From Camelus ferus (taxonomy: Eukaryota): 64,000 bases of DNA. Both the position numbers and the translations under genes were made by a program. This document shows positions 63,065-64,000 of this stretch, piece by piece. The notes beneath the pieces were generated by a model that was not told the DNA's origin, ran no database searches, and saw only the letters and a list, made by a program, of their open reading frames with translations. Within the stretch, counting starts at the first letter, position 1, and the number at the start of each line of letters is the position of its first letter. The stretch is from assembly GCF_009834535.1 (NCBI RefSeq), contig NC_045696.1, forward strand, positions 99,512,001 to 99,576,000. Direction: 5' to 3'.

Positions 63065-64000
63065 AAAAGATTATAGATTGAGAAATTGAGTGTGAAACAT
63101 CAAGTAGAAAGATAATTTCCAGATGATTAAATCATGATATTTGTAGTAAGTGGTATAACATGAGGGGGAGCTGGCTTTGGATAGACAGTAATTGGTAAAT
63201 CTCCATTCTCTTCTCTGATTTTCCTGGGTGTACAGTGTATAATCTTGTGTTGTTATTTGCTGATTGGTATTTCTCTTCTTCTAGAATTTCACAATGAGTC
63301 ATACAGTGGTCCTTCAGGCAACCACAGCTGATAGCAAAGTGGAGGGAGAAGAAGCACTAACCATTTTCCAAATATCACTCCAGTTTTTTCTCTAGACCAA
63401 ATATGCACTGGACTTCAATAAGCAGTTCTTAGTCAAATTTCAGAGAAAGTTTCCCAAGAGATACATAATTTGTGTCTGTTTCTCTAACCCCTGTTCTTGC
63501 CTTTGTGGTTAAAACTTTAGAATGTAAATTCTTACAGTCTTCTGTCTCCTTTTTCATCCTTCTGTTCTTTCTGCAGTCCTTTATTTAAACATCTCCCTTA
63601 GGACTCAATACCTATGATAGAATAATAGAATTTGGACTCCCATCTATTCTTGGGCCTTGCAATCTTTGCTTCTTTAAGCTCAAGATGACTCCAACTGGAG
63701 CTGTCACCTGCACTGACTTCTGGGAACCCTAAAGGAGGGAGGTGATGGCTTTCTTCTTTTGCATGGTTCCTTGTTTCATGCAATGGAAACGTGATCAAGT
63801 TTTCTTTTAAAGTACCTCAGAATATAACTTGCCACCAAAATAATAAGCTTTGATTTTAAAGACTTCCTAGTTGATTGGAAAAACAGAATTCTTTACCATT
63901 ACTTTGTCCCTTCTCCTTATAGAGTAATAATCCAGGTATTATTATAATTACACAAAAATATGCTCTTATCTGGTCTGGCTTCTCCTCCAAATTAATTAAT

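Noticed and set aside
63560..63745. Coding exon after the pyrimidine tract
   Set aside because: The most open frame stops before a weak donor and the peptide is unrecognised.
1..64000. CRISPR array, operon or prokaryotic-type system
   Set aside because: The DNA is mammalian repeat-rich sequence with no regularly spaced repeats and no dense coding regions.

Overview
AT-rich, CpG-poor mammalian DNA with no protein-coding exon or RNA gene I can recognise, so it is intergenic or deep intronic. Two tRNA-Ala-like SINEs of the Vic-1 type, young L1 3' ends of artiodactyl type, and the absence of Alu, Bov-A/BovB and PRE-1 point to a camelid (inference). By my coordinate sum about half the window is LINE-1 of several ages, including a near full-length ancient L1MC-type copy (56.7-63.1 kb). 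The rest is L2, MIR, MaLR LTRs, DNA-transposon relics and a few unique stretches that may be regulatory. The recognisable ORFs in the track are L1 remnants or their antisense frames. I found no evidence of a new multi-gene system. The most interesting points are a candidate L1 3' transduction (48.7-49.2 kb), a dispersed ~165-bp duplication inside an L2, an identical deletion shared by two L1 copies, and a CpG-retaining unique segment with an X-box-like palindrome (5.0-5.7 kb). Repeat family names are recalled from consensus sequences, not from a search, and boundaries of old repeats are approximate (tens of bp).
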